In this document: piece after piece, positions 37,525 through 48,949 of the stretch
Layout of the letters: each line of letters opens with the position of its first letter
How positions within the stretch are numbered: position 1 is the first letter of the stretch
Origin: Malacoraja senta
Lineage: Eukaryota
Length of the DNA: 64,000 bases
Assembly: GCA_038087875.1 (NCBI GenBank)
Contig: CM075982.1
Coordinates: 12,152,001-12,216,000 of the forward strand
Direction: 5' to 3'
Made by a program: the position numbers and the translations under genes
Notes under the pieces: model-generated
Database searches by the model: none
What the model was told of the DNA's origin: nothing
What the model saw: the letters and a program-made list of their open reading frames with translations, nothing else

Positions 37525-37656
37525 CCGGTGGGATGGGCGTGCAGCCTGGCGGAGGAGTGGGCATGCAGCCTGGCGGAGGAGTGGGTATGCAGCCTGGCGG
37601 AGGACTAGGTGTACAGCCTGGCGGAGGAGTAGGTGTACAGCCTGGCCTTGGATTGG
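37525..37656 (+). CDS. ELN: ELN exon of Gln-containing octapeptide repeats AGGMGVQP(GGGVGMQP)2GGGLGVQPGGGVGVQPGLGL (132 nt)
   Basis: cattgtag|ccggtggg...ggattgg|gtaatg; 24-nt tandem repeat, open frame, phase 1. Confidence 0.9.
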
Positions 37657-37918
37657 GTAATGTACTGTCTTGAGAAAGGCAGGGTTTTTTTTTTCCATGA
37701 GATCATGAGTAATCCATTGTGCCTGTTCCTAAAAAAAACACATAAGCAAAAAATAACAATTGATAGCTGTACCCTTGAAGGATAAATTGATGAATTGTAC
37801 TTCATAAGTCCAATAAAATGACATTTATTCATTTCCTTTATTCCTATATGATTATATCTATTCTTCGCACGATTATGTACACTTGTACTGTATAAGATCA
37901 CCCCCTCATCCTCCTGCG

Positions 37919-38241
37919 GCGGCATGGTGGCGCAGCGATAGAGCTGCTGCCTTACAGCGCTTGCAGCGCCGGAGACCCGGGTTCGATCCTGACTACGGGT
38001 GCTGTCTGTACGGAGTTTGTACGTTCTCCCCATGACCAGTGTGGGTTTTCTCCGTGATCTTCGGCTTCCTCCCACATTCCAAAGACGTACAGGTTTATAG
38101 GTTAATTGGCTTGGTATAAAAATGTAAAATTGTCCCTAGTGGGTGTAGGATGGTGTGCGGGGGATCGCTGGGTGGTGTGGACATGGTGGGCCAATGGGCC
38201 TGTTTCCGTGCTGTATCTCTAAACGACACTAAACTCAATTA
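37919..38241 (+). mobile_element. Full-length tRNA-derived SINE (V-SINE/HE1-like)
   Basis: A box tggcgcagcg, B box gggttcgatcc, V-core, CR1-like tail; 22-bp TSD with 1 mismatch (37897-37918 / 38242-38263). Confidence 0.92.
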
Positions 38242-38727
38242 ATCACCCCTTCATCCTCCTGCGCTCCAAGGAATCTAATTGAAGTGCATTAGTTCCAGCA
38301 TATTGTGCTGAATATCAAAAAAAATGAATCCCATTACCAATATCACCTTCCCATTTATGGAAATAGAATGCCACATTTCCAGTTCTTCACAAACTAAAAG
38401 CTCAAGGAACATTATCCATCATCTCCATGGGCATGTGGTGGTAGAATTTGCTTTTAATGAATCAGTCTAACTTTTGAACTAAGTCATCTAATTCATTCAC
38501 GAGTGTACAGAACACGTGAACACTGTCAGCCTAGCTGAAAGTTATACTGAAACTAATATGGTTGTAATCAATTTGATTTGAATCAATTTAGAAATTCAGT
38601 ATTAACCAGAGAATGAATTATGTTTACATTCAATGGATAATAATTTTTTATCTTATTCTGAACATAATGAGTTCTGGACAGTGAAAGTAAAATAAAAGAG
38701 TTAACAGTGTGTGCATGGTAATTGCAG

Positions 38728-38775
38728 GTGTAACTGGAGTTCGACCCAGCAGTGCTCCTCTGACTCCCCAACCAG
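38728..38775 (+). CDS. ELN: ELN exon GVTGVRPSSAPLTPQP (48 nt)
   Basis: attgcag|gtgtaact...caaccag|gtacca; phase 1, 3n. Confidence 0.8.
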
Positions 38776-39417
38776 GTACCATTATTACTGCTAAATAACT
38801 AGCATGTTGTTGAGTATTCTGAGTCCAGGGGTAGGTTTTATTTATGGAAGTGAAAACTGTAATATTATTTAAAGTGGTTCCTGTCCCATATGCATTGAAA
38901 GGAACCAAGAAACCAGAAATGTTTCAAAGACGTATAACAGTCATACAAAACTTTGTTTTAAGTGTTCATGTTTGGTGCAGAGAAGGTGTACTAAAATTTC
39001 ATAGGAGCAATACCACTGAAGATGAAAACAGTAGCGTTTAAAATCTTCTTTAACTCAAGATACTGGCAGTGGAAGAAGTGAATAATGTCAAATGAAACAT
39101 GAAAAATGTTGAATTCTTTGTTGCTGTAGCTGCTTTTAAAATGAAATGATCCATGAATAGGAAATTGAAGTATAACATTGGAGATGCTGGAGTGTCATAA
39201 ACGTTGCTCTCTGATTTTAAGATGGTCACTGGAGATAACAATAGCCGCAATGAAACAGAGGATTTACCTCCAAACTATATTGGATGTTTGGTGGATGAAA
39301 TGCACCATCTGACCATCCCCCTCCATGCCATTTACTCCACTCTAGGATTCATTTGCATCAGGCTGGTTGGTAGAAACTGTGTATCATGTGTTGCTTGTCA
39401 GTTCTAGGCCACCACAA

Positions 39418-40784
39418 TATAGAAACATAGAAAATAGGTGCAGGAGTAGGCCATTCGGCCCTTCGAGCCTGCACCGCCATTCAATATGATCATGGCTGAT
39501 CATCCAACTCAGTATCCTGTACCTGTCTTCTCTCCATACCCCCTGATACCTTCAGCCACAAAGGCCACATCTAATTCCCTCTTAAATATAGCCAATGAAC
39601 TGACCTCAACTACCTTCTATGGCAGAGAATTCCACAGATTCACCACTCTCTTGTGAAAAATGTTTTTCTCATCTCGGTCCAAAAAGATTTCCCCCTTATC
39701 CTTAAACTGTGACCCCTTGTTCTGGACTTCCCCAACATCGGGAACAATCTTCCTGCATCTAGCCTGTCCAACCCCGTAAGAATTTTGTAAGTTTCTATAA
39801 GATCCCCCCTCAATCTTCTAAATTCTAGCGAGTACAAGCCAAGTCTATCCAGTCTTTCTTCATATGAAAGTCCTGACATCCCAGGAATCAGTCTGGTGAA
39901 CCTTCTCTGTACTCCCTCTACGGCAAGAATGTCTTTCCTCAGATTAGGAGACCAAAACTGTACGCAATACTCCAGGTGTGGTCTCACAAAGACCCTGTAC
40001 AACTGTAGTAGAACCTCCCTGCTCCTATACTCAAATCCTTTTGCTATGAATGCTAACATACCATTCGCTTTCTTCACTGCCTGCTGCACCTGCATGCCTA
40101 CTTTCAATGACTGGTGTACCATGACACCCAGGTCTCGTTGCATCTCCCCTTTTCCTAATCGGCCACCATTCAGATAATAGTCTACTTTCCTGTTCTTGCC
40201 ACCAAAGTGGATAACCTCACATTTATCCACATTATACTGCATCTGCCATAAATTTGCCCACTCACCCAGCCTATCCAAGTCACCTTGCAGCCTCCTAGCA
40301 TCCTCCTCACAGCTAACACTGCCCCCCAGCTTCGTGTCATCCGCAAATTTGGAGATGTTGCATTCAATTCCCTCGTCCAAATCATTAATATATATTGTAA
40401 ATAGCTGGGGTCCCAGCACTGAGCCTTGTGGTACCCCACTAGTTACTGCCTGCCATTCTGAAAAGGACCCATTTACTCCTACTCTTTGCTTCCTGTCTGC
40501 CAGCCAGTTCTCTATCCACATCAATACTGAACCCCCAATACCGTGTGCTTTAAGTTTGTATACTAATCTCTTATGTGGGACCTTGTCAAAAGCCTTCTGA
40601 AAGTCCAGATATAACACATCCACTGGTTCTCCTTTATCCACTCTACTAGTTACATCCTCGAAAAATTCTATAAGATTTGTCAGACATGATTTCCCTTTCA
40701 TAAATCCATGCTGACTTTGTCCAATGATTTCACCACTTTCCAAATGTGCTGCTATCCCATCTTTAATAACTGACTCTAGCAGTT
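39418..40784 (-). mobile_element. Young 5'-truncated CR1 LINE with an uninterrupted RT frame
   Basis: 398-aa ORF: QHGFMKGKSCLTNL, YLDFQKAFDKVPH, GVPQGSVLGP, FADDTK; ctatgtttct-type tail. Confidence 0.96.
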
Positions 40785-41189
40785 GACCCTGCCCTATAAT
40801 GCGGCAGTGGAATGTCATATTCAGGGAAAGGCCCAATTTGTGGAAGGGGAAACCACTATTAAAGACTACAATGTGAATAAAAATGAAAAAAAATAGCTTT
40901 TTGAGAAATCTTCAGCTGAATACTCCTTTGTGCTTGTTAAGAGTGGACATAACTGCTGATCAGTAAGCAAAAACCAGAGCCTCTTGACATCAAAAGGATC
41001 CCTATCCATTTCAAATAGCCTAACCACCTGAAACATTGGGCCTTGGTAAACATTTGGTTCCAAAGCAGCAATGGATAATAGGTCATTAAAAGTTATTTTT
41101 TGGATGCTACTTCAAATTTTAAGAGAAAATTCGACCTTTACAAGAATTTACTCCCTTAAATGATATTACTCTTTGTTTTTTATGAACAG

Positions 41190-41231
41190 GTGGAGTGCAG
41201 CCAGATTTTGGTACTAAAGCAGCCAAGCAAG
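41190..41231 (+). CDS. ELN: ELN cross-link-type exon GGVQPDFGTKAAKQ (42 nt)
   Basis: T-rich tract, gaacag|gtggagtg...aagcaag|gtaatt; KAAK motif. Confidence 0.87.
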
Positions 41232-42519
41232 GTAATTGAAATTCGTTTAGTGGGAAATTTCTAGTTGTCCCTCTTGAATTATTGGGTTTTCGACATCACC
41301 CTGGTAAAGAAATACTGTTACAATGTTATTTCTATAAAACTACTTGTTTGACTCTCCACTATTAGTACATAACCCGAGGAGGCTGCCATGGATTATGTTG
41401 GCTATCTTCAAATTGTACAGCATATAATATTCCCCAATGAAATCACTCCATCTGCTGGACACATGTCCTCAGGAGTCAGCGATTGTAGGAGAACTACAAA
41501 TTGGCATCAGGAGCCAGGAATATACAGAACATTGATGAAATGAAAACTAAAGCTGCAGAAAAGATCTGGTTTATTAATGAGAGGCTCTATAAGGTGCTGG
41601 TCAGGCTGCATTTGGAGTATTGTGAGCAATTGTGGGCACCATATCTGAGGAAGGATGTGCAATCCTGGAGAGGGTCCAGATGAGGTTTACAAGAATGATT
41701 CCAGGAATGAGTGGGTTAATTTATGATGAGCGTTTGATGACACTGTTGCTCAAACATTTCACAAAATCCACAGAGTGTACTTAAGCTAACAGTGAATACT
41801 TTTTTCAACATTTAAGAACTCGCATTCGTTTCTTAATGTCCTAAAATGTTTTATAACAATGGAAAACTTTTGAATTATAGTCACAGTCGCATTGTAAAGA
41901 ATATGAGCTAATTTGCACACCCCAAACTCCCACAAATATCAAAGACATAATACAATGTAATGCCTAGAAATTCTTTTGCAGGGCAACATTTTCTGGTTGC
42001 TGTTCAATTAAATCTTATCACAAACCTGATTGTGTACTTGGTCAAGGGAAGAGTGTTTCCGTCAATATGTTGCAGGACCTCTGCGCATACAATGCCAAAT
42101 CCTTGTACACATACAAGTCCCTAAATAGTTGAATGAAGCAGTTCTTCTAGAGATTGGAGACTTGTTTGCCATTGTTGAAGATGTTTAACCTTCCTTGGCA
42201 CCCACTGAAGGAATCCAAGTAACTATCAACACATAAGCTTCCTATAGATGGTTCCTTTCCAACACCAGGTCCCAAATTCTTCCACCTCTCTGCGTCACGA
42301 GCAATGTCCACGGGGCTTTCTGATAGCCTGTCTAGTTGACTGCCAACTAATTAGAATAACCAGAAATAGTGCAAAAAAGCTTTTATATCCAAACAAAAAT
42401 GCAGATGAGATTTTAAATTGTCTCTTTTTTCTGCTTTGTCTCCCCTCTACTTCTTATTCACTTCTCTTTTTCAGAAGTTATGGGCCACAGATTCCCAGGA
42501 GTCAATGGGAATGTTTCAT

Positions 42520-42800
42520 TCCTCGGGCTTGGAGCACATCCTTGAATCTTTTCCTTTGCCCACCTGGTAATGCCCTTCCATGGCAGGGATTGGATTAGAG
42601 CATTTCAGTGTTCAGGTGTTGGTCATACAAATGCTATGGATCGCCCTGTGCATTTGACTGCCCTAGGGCCTCACTGCTGGGGTTATGGGCCTGGGAGAGG
42701 ACACTGGCATTGGTTTGCTTATCCTTCCTGTGAATTTGGAGTATTTTACAAAGGTACCTTTACGGTTTCTTGAGGTGGCTGCTGTAGGTAGCCCAGATCT
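42520..42800 (-). mobile_element. Degenerate RTE-clade LINE fragment
   Basis: Minus strand encodes GRALPGGQRKRFKDV, resembling the RTE ORF C-terminal region. Confidence 0.55.
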
Positions 42801-43195
42801 CAAGAGGCCATGGATCTCTATCGCCCAGTAGACCACAAGTTTTGTGCCAGGTCTGAGGTCTTAATATTCAAACACCCTTTTCATCAATCAACTAATGGCT
42901 GTAAAAGGCATATTGAAAGCAATTGTGAATTTTAATCCTATCACCTAACCCACTGTGGATAATAATACTATTTGATTGATTTAAAGAGCTGTTCTAATAT
43001 CATGCCATTGTGCAGATTGGCTAGAGAAGGCATGACTTCATACACACAACTTTTAAAAGAGCTTAGCTTCAGTGAATATAAACAATGTTTCACAATATTG
43101 TTTTTTGGTTACAAAATAATGGTTTACCGTTTTTATCATGTCAATTTAAGAGGCTATTTGATCATTACTGTTCTCAACTTCCGGTTCTTCTTCAG

Positions 43196-43243
43196 GGCTT
43201 GGGCAAAGAGGTGCTGGTGGATTCCTACCCTATTATCAACCTG
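43196..43243 (+). CDS. ELN: ELN exon GLGQRGAGGFLPYYQP (48 nt)
   Basis: ttcttcttcag|ggcttggg...caacctg|gtaagg. Confidence 0.87.
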
Positions 43244-44508
43244 GTAAGGACCTGATACATTATATTTTACAATGCACATAATGGAAAAACATCTGAATGT
43301 GTTTGAATTTCCAATGATAATTTTGATAACAGTTTAGGTTTATTTGAAGTGGTAGACCAGTATCTGCAGTTCCTTCCTGCACATTTGGTATAGCTGGAAA
43401 AAGGATTCCACAGAAATGGGTTGGCATTGAAACCATAATAAATACAATTTACTTGTTCAACTAAACTTATTTACATTGCAAAGCCTTGAATGTGCACTAA
43501 AATAACCGGTTTGAATGCTTTGAATAACAGAATGTAAATATTCCATATACCAATTAATGTTAGGCATATGTCTGTAAAAATAAGCATGATATTCAAGTCT
43601 GTCCTACCATGTACCTGTAGCGCAGTAGTAGTTATATAGTTCCATAGTGAATTACGCATATTTCTGAATTGTAAATCTTATTTCAATGTTATAACATTGA
43701 TCTTCATAAAAACAACGTGGCATTGGGAGGTATCAGAAAGATAGGGGTGATGGTGGAATAATTGTAGATATAATGTATCGGCAATTCCCGCAGTCATTTG
43801 CCCACTGTGAAGGTGTAAAGGTCAAGCAAAGATGGGGTAAACAAGTGAAATAATGGTTTAAAAAGTGGAAATTGATTTCTGATGAGAGGGTTGTAATATT
43901 ACATGCAAATTGAGGCGAAAGGAGCTCTTTTGTTAGTCTTTGGTGATTGAATTAAATTCGGTAGGCAAATGAATGATGCAATAATAAATACATCACAACA
44001 TAACCAAGATATTTGGCTACACAGCTGCACTTCTGGCTGCAAAAGAGTTCTTGTGAGGAAATTTTGAACCCTGGTTAAAATAAGACATCTGTTTTGGTAT
44101 TTAAAATGCCTTTTCACCTTCACGTGTTTAACCCGCATTGTGTTTCTCTAATTTGTTATCAAAATTATAGGCTCATAAAAATAACCCCTACATTCTTACA
44201 TTAGCTGAAAAAAAATCAATATCCAGTGAAAGTAAAGATCACTCATAATTTAAACTAAACAACTGTCAGTGAAAGTGACCCATGCAATAGATGGTGTATC
44301 ACAACTGAACAGACAAAGACGTTGATGAATAGAAAAAAGAAACAAAGTGTTATTATATAGAAATTATAAAGGCATCTTAACTTGCACTTGAACAACTTGA
44401 TACTAGTGTCAATAGGCTACTGTGACTGCTAATGTCAGCACTCTTCAGAGACAAGAAAAATGAGATGTGAGGTGCACTTCTGAAAATGTCTAATAACTTA
44501 CTTAGCAG

Positions 44509-44565
44509 GAGTCAGAGCTGGATATGGAGATGGAACTGGACAATTGGGGTACCTACAGGCTGCAG
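44509..44565 (+). CDS. ELN: ELN exon GVRAGYGDGTGQLGYLQAA (57 nt) with a NAGNAG acceptor
   Basis: cttagcag|gagtcaga...gctgcag|gtattg. Confidence 0.82.
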
Positions 44566-45059
44566 GTATTGAATATTTAACTTGGTAATAAAGAAATTCA
44601 AAGCAGAAACTTTGACAATAAGAATATATAATTGATTTAATTTCCACATAAAATAGTTGTTTCTGCTCTCACTGATTTCAAAATATTAGATAGCCAACAT
44701 AAATGAGCAAATCTGACAGATAACACCATTGATGAGAATGATTGGCCTTTAATTTTATCATTTCACATTCAGTTTCATGTATACCTATTTCTCTATTCTT
44801 AAAAGTTGGTTTATTATAGTAATAACTGATTTCCCAGAGGTTGTTCTTTACATTTATTGCTTGGGTTTTTGAACTCCATTTCTTAAGTTACCTCATCAAT
44901 ACATTAATTTTATGTAATCAAAGGAACAGGTTTATAATGTTGCCAATAAATGTAGTAACCTTTAGGATTTGGAAAATATTAGAAAAGAGCAAAGAAGACC
45001 AAGTCATTGATAAGGAAATATAATGTCAAATAGTCTGGTAAGAATTGTAAAAACACACT

Positions 45060-47225
45060 ATAAAAGCTTCTTTTGAATGTAAAGCTAATAGATTAGCTCA
45101 TCTTAATGATGGCCATCTATAGATTGAGACTGAGATTGATATTTAGGAATGTAAATAGCAGAAAGGTTAAACAAATATTTTACATCTGTTTTCAGAGAAG
45201 AAGACACAAACTTCTGGAGATATTTACGATCTGTAGATGTAGTGTGAATGAGCAACTCAAAGAAGTTTGCATTACTTGACAACAAAATATCGTACTTAAG
45301 AGGACTGGAATTTGATATATCTCCAGGACCTAATGACTTGCTTGCATGAGTTTTGACGGCTCTGGAGATATTGAATGCCCTGCAAATTTTAATCTTCCGA
45401 AATTCCCATGATTCCCACAAACAGTTTTAAAAGATTTCAAGGTAGTCAATGTAATCCCACTATTTTAAAAAAGGAGGGAGAAAACAGGGAACCTTAGGTG
45501 AATTTGTGTGACATCATGAGAAGGAAGGATGTTGGAATTTATCGCTGTGTGTAACAGGGAACCATAGAAAATAATAATAGGCTTGGCAGAAACAGTGAAT
45601 TTTTGAAAGGGAAATCATGTTTGATAAATCTGTTTGCGGTTTTTGAGGTAATGGAAACAAAATTAATGATCAGATCATGTGGCACATCTAGAATTTCAGA
45701 ATGCTTTCATATGTGTTTTGTGCCAAATAATAGAATCTGAAACAAAAGTAGAGCTTTATGGTGGTATGGATAGCATATTGCTTAATAGGCAATAGGAATA
45801 AATAAGCCATGTTAGGAAAGGGAATCAACAGCAAATAAGACAGAACCTAGATTTTCACAATGATCAGGATGAGTGTATCACAAGTAATATAACAAAATCT
45901 GCTTATGATACAAAGTTGAGTGCAAGTGTGGGATCTGAAAAGGACAAGGAGAAGTTGCAGGGCAATGCAGGGAAGCTCAATGAATTGGCAAGCACATGAC
46001 AGACAGAATCTGATGTGGCAAAATATGATGGCAAAGCAAACGAGCTCTGCTGGAGGATCTCAGCAGGTCAGATAACATCTGTGGAGGGAAATGAACTATC
46101 TACTTTTATGAACAAGACCCTTCTTCTAGACTGAAAGAGTAAATGGGATGTAACCAGTATTTAAAAAAAAACGAGGAGAGGGGCAAGTGCTTTCAAGTGA
46201 AAGGTAAATACAGGTGAGGAGTGGTGATTCACAGGTAACAGTCAGGTGGGAAGGAAAGGTGGCGATAGCAACAGAGGCTGAGAAGTGATGAGGAGAACAA
46301 AAGGCTGTAGATTCTGGAATGTGACAGGAAAGGATGATGAATAATAGACCTGAATGAGGGGTGGTGACAGACAGAGGGGGGGGGGGGGGGTGAGCAGCAG
46401 AGGGAGGAAATGATCCAATGGGAGCAGTGTCAGGGGAGCAGGTAAAGCAACAATGTGATAGGGGACTGAAGGGTCAGGTGTGGGGAAAAAAGGGGAGCAT
46501 GAGAGGATAGGGGTAAATGGGAGGAAAGAGAACAAAACTGCAGGTGTGGGCTACATGAGATTGGAGAATCCAACGTTCATGCGTTGAGTTGTAAACTACA
46601 CAGGACAAATATGAGGTGTTGCTCTTAGGCTAAAAAAAAAAGAGAGGTTTTGGTGACCTGAGGGTTTGGGGAGCCTTGTTCATAATCACTGAGAGTTAAT
46701 ACGCAGGTATATGTAAACAATTAAAAGGGCAAATGGTATGTTTACTTAATTGCAAGAGGATTTGAGTAACACATATAACTGCGATTATATGGAGACCAGG
46801 TGAAAATTTATCTAGAACATTGCAGACACATCTGATGCCACTACATAGGCAAGAATATATTTGCAATAAAAGGAGTGTTACAAATGTTCATCAAATTTGT
46901 TCCTGGGATGAGAGTTGGAAGGGAGCGCTTTTGTCCAATGAGGAGAGATTACGCAAACTGGGCTGATACTCTTGCGTTTTGAAATACAGAGCATTTCTTC
47001 TGGCTCTTCACCATTTCAAAGTAAGGGGGTCACATTCAGGATAATGAGAGAAATTGTTTCTCTCACAATGTAGTAAATCTTAATAATTTTATACACAAGG
47101 GCACAGTAGGTTTTAGTCGCTTACAATTATTAATACAATTTTTGATGGCAAGGGAATTCAACATCTGCCATGATCTTCTTGGATGGCAAAACAAGTATGA
47201 TGAGTTGAATCCTTAATTCATCCTT
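45060..47225 (+). mobile_element. Old degenerate CR1 LINE interrupted by a Penelope-like fragment
   Basis: tctccaggacctaatg, gtcaatgtaatcccacta, gggaaatcatgtttgataaatct, gatgatacaaag-like remnants. Confidence 0.7.
46036..46624 (-). mobile_element. Penelope-like element 3' end: ORF tail, pyrimidine-rich UTR and degenerate hammerhead terminus
   Basis: Minus strand reads EQHLIFVLCSLQ..(M)NVGFSN, then a C/T-rich tract, then the same terminal sequence as the short inserts. Confidence 0.7.
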
Positions 47226-48286
47226 CTATTTGTTATGTTCTTATGCCATTGCTAATGTGAAGAATAATCTTCTCATGATGACATTCAACATAGAACATTT
47301 ATTTGATGCTGGCACATAATTTTGGAACAACATCAAATAACCTCATACTGCTTGATGCACTTTCAGCAGCAGAAAGGGCACCCTAATTGTTCTATTTATA
47401 AGAAACATTTGTTAGCTTTTTTTCTGGATGGTCCCACATTTCTACAAGTGCTTGATGCTTACTACAGTTTCAATTTTTTTTAAAGTCTGCAGATAAAAAT
47501 CTGACGTGCTGACTGACATTTTGTTGATTTTAAGTCTTTTGCATTAAAAACAAATGCTCCCTGGCAAGGGTGCATAGACAGAAATACAACAAAGAACAGC
47601 ATAGCTGAGAGAATGAATAAAAGGCATGTAGAAGACGTACAGGTTTGTCGGTTAATTGGCTTCTGTAATTTTTAAATTGTCCATAGTATTAGTGTACAAG
47701 GTGATCGCTGGCTGGTATGGGCTCGGTGGGCTGAAGGCCACGCTGTATCTCAAGGTTAAATAGGGTCAGGAAAAACACAACTTTCAATGGCACATTCTTG
47801 TTAGTAACTAATTAATTTTGAAAGGGGATCATGAAATATGATTTCGATCTTTTGAGCACAAATGATTTCGATTGTGGATTCTAGAGATTTTGGTAGGAGT
47901 CTTCTCCAACATGGTGTGGTTGGGCAGAGTTGGTGGTGGGGAGCAGTGGATTTCCAGAAAGTTCCTACAGAGCACCTACAAAATAAAAACGTAAGCACTT
48001 TAGTTGCACATGACAAAAGAACATAGAACCAGAGTAGCAAACAGCTCTTCAAGCCTAAGATGAACATACTGATTTGTTGCTCATACATATTCCTCCCAGA
48101 TCATTTTATTCTTTGATTCCTTTAGTGTCCAAAAAATTTAAGTTCCAACCTTGAATATACCCAATGACAAATTCACGCATCTTTAAGATAGAAAATTCCA
48201 AAGATTTAAAATGCTTTGTGCCAAATAAATATATTCTTATCAACATCGTAAATGGCTGACCCCCTATCATGACTAGTGTTTAAGAT

Positions 48287-48425
48287 TTAGAAGGTAAAAT
48301 CAGGCCGTGCGGGACTGGGGAACGATGAGGTTGGAGGCTTGGGAGGGCAGGGAGCTGGAAGTGATGAAGCCAGTGATAGTGTTTGAGATAATGGCCTGGT
48401 GCTCGTCTGTAGGGTCATGGTCCTA
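48287..48425 (-). mobile_element. Penelope-like RT fragment
   Basis: Minus strand reads DHDPTDEHQAIISNTITGFITSSSLPSQASNLIVPQSRTA*FYLL, resembling the region before the PLE RT Y.LPKIHK motif. Confidence 0.65.
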
Positions 48426-48902
48426 GGATAAGTCATGACTATCTCTCCTGGTTGTGGATTCTCAAGCCAGAAGAGGTTTCCCAGCATCCCTCATTGAATC
48501 CTTTATGTCTTGAGATTGTTTGTCATATTTCTAAATGTTAGTGATTTTGACTCAAATGCCCTTCATTGGACAACTCTCTCATTCCCAGGAATTAAGAAGT
48601 GATTATAGCTACATATGTTAGTGACATAAAACCACAACAAATCACTCTGATCAAGTGATTATAACGATACATGTTAAAGTGGCACGGAACCAACAAATCA
48701 CTCTGATCACAACTACTTCTACCTGACACACGTGACAAATGTCAGACACTCCCATAATATTAAAGATATTCAGTATCTTATTTGATAAAACCTTTTCCAA
48801 TTTAATTCTATCAAATGTTTAATAACAGCTGTTTTCTATAGGTGTTGGCTAAGCTAGAAATAATTTTGTCACCAATTGAATCTATTTTCTGTGTTTCTGA
48901 AG

Positions 48903-48949
48903 GCTCCCCTTGTGCAATGGGCAAATACTGTGGCAGAAGGAGAAAATAA
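48903..48949 (+). CDS. ELN: ELN terminal coding exon GSPCAMGKYCGRRRK*
   Basis: tttctgaag|gctcccct...agaaaataa; two Cys plus a basic tail, typical of the tropoelastin C-terminus. Confidence 0.96.

Larger units (their letters stand above)
1371..48949 (+). other. ELN: Elastin (tropoelastin) gene, 3' portion; 5' end lies upstream of the window
   Basis: Series of AG..GT-bounded phase-1 exons of 3n length, mostly alternating VPGG-rich and AAKAAKY domains. Terminal exon GSPCAMGKYCGRRRK* matches the elastin C-terminal two-Cys/basic motif. LIMK1 lies immediately downstream. Confidence 0.96.

Noticed and set aside
37471-37698. Minus-strand ORF with LLRQAA repeats
   Set aside because: Antisense reading of the elastin octapeptide exon
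39640-40836. 398-aa reverse-transcriptase ORF as a host gene or retron-like system
   Set aside because: Typical CR1 ORF2 motifs and CR1 3' tail, 5'-truncated; the N-terminal residues come from flanking DNA
47885-47990. Gly-rich stretch followed by a good donor (gtaagc)
   Set aside because: No acceptor gives a phase-1, 3n exon (94 or 106 nt); at best a frameshifted relic
48842-48852. Alternative acceptor (tttctatag|gtgttggctaa) upstream of the last exon
   Set aside because: Hits a stop after three codons and would remove the conserved C-terminus; no supporting evidence
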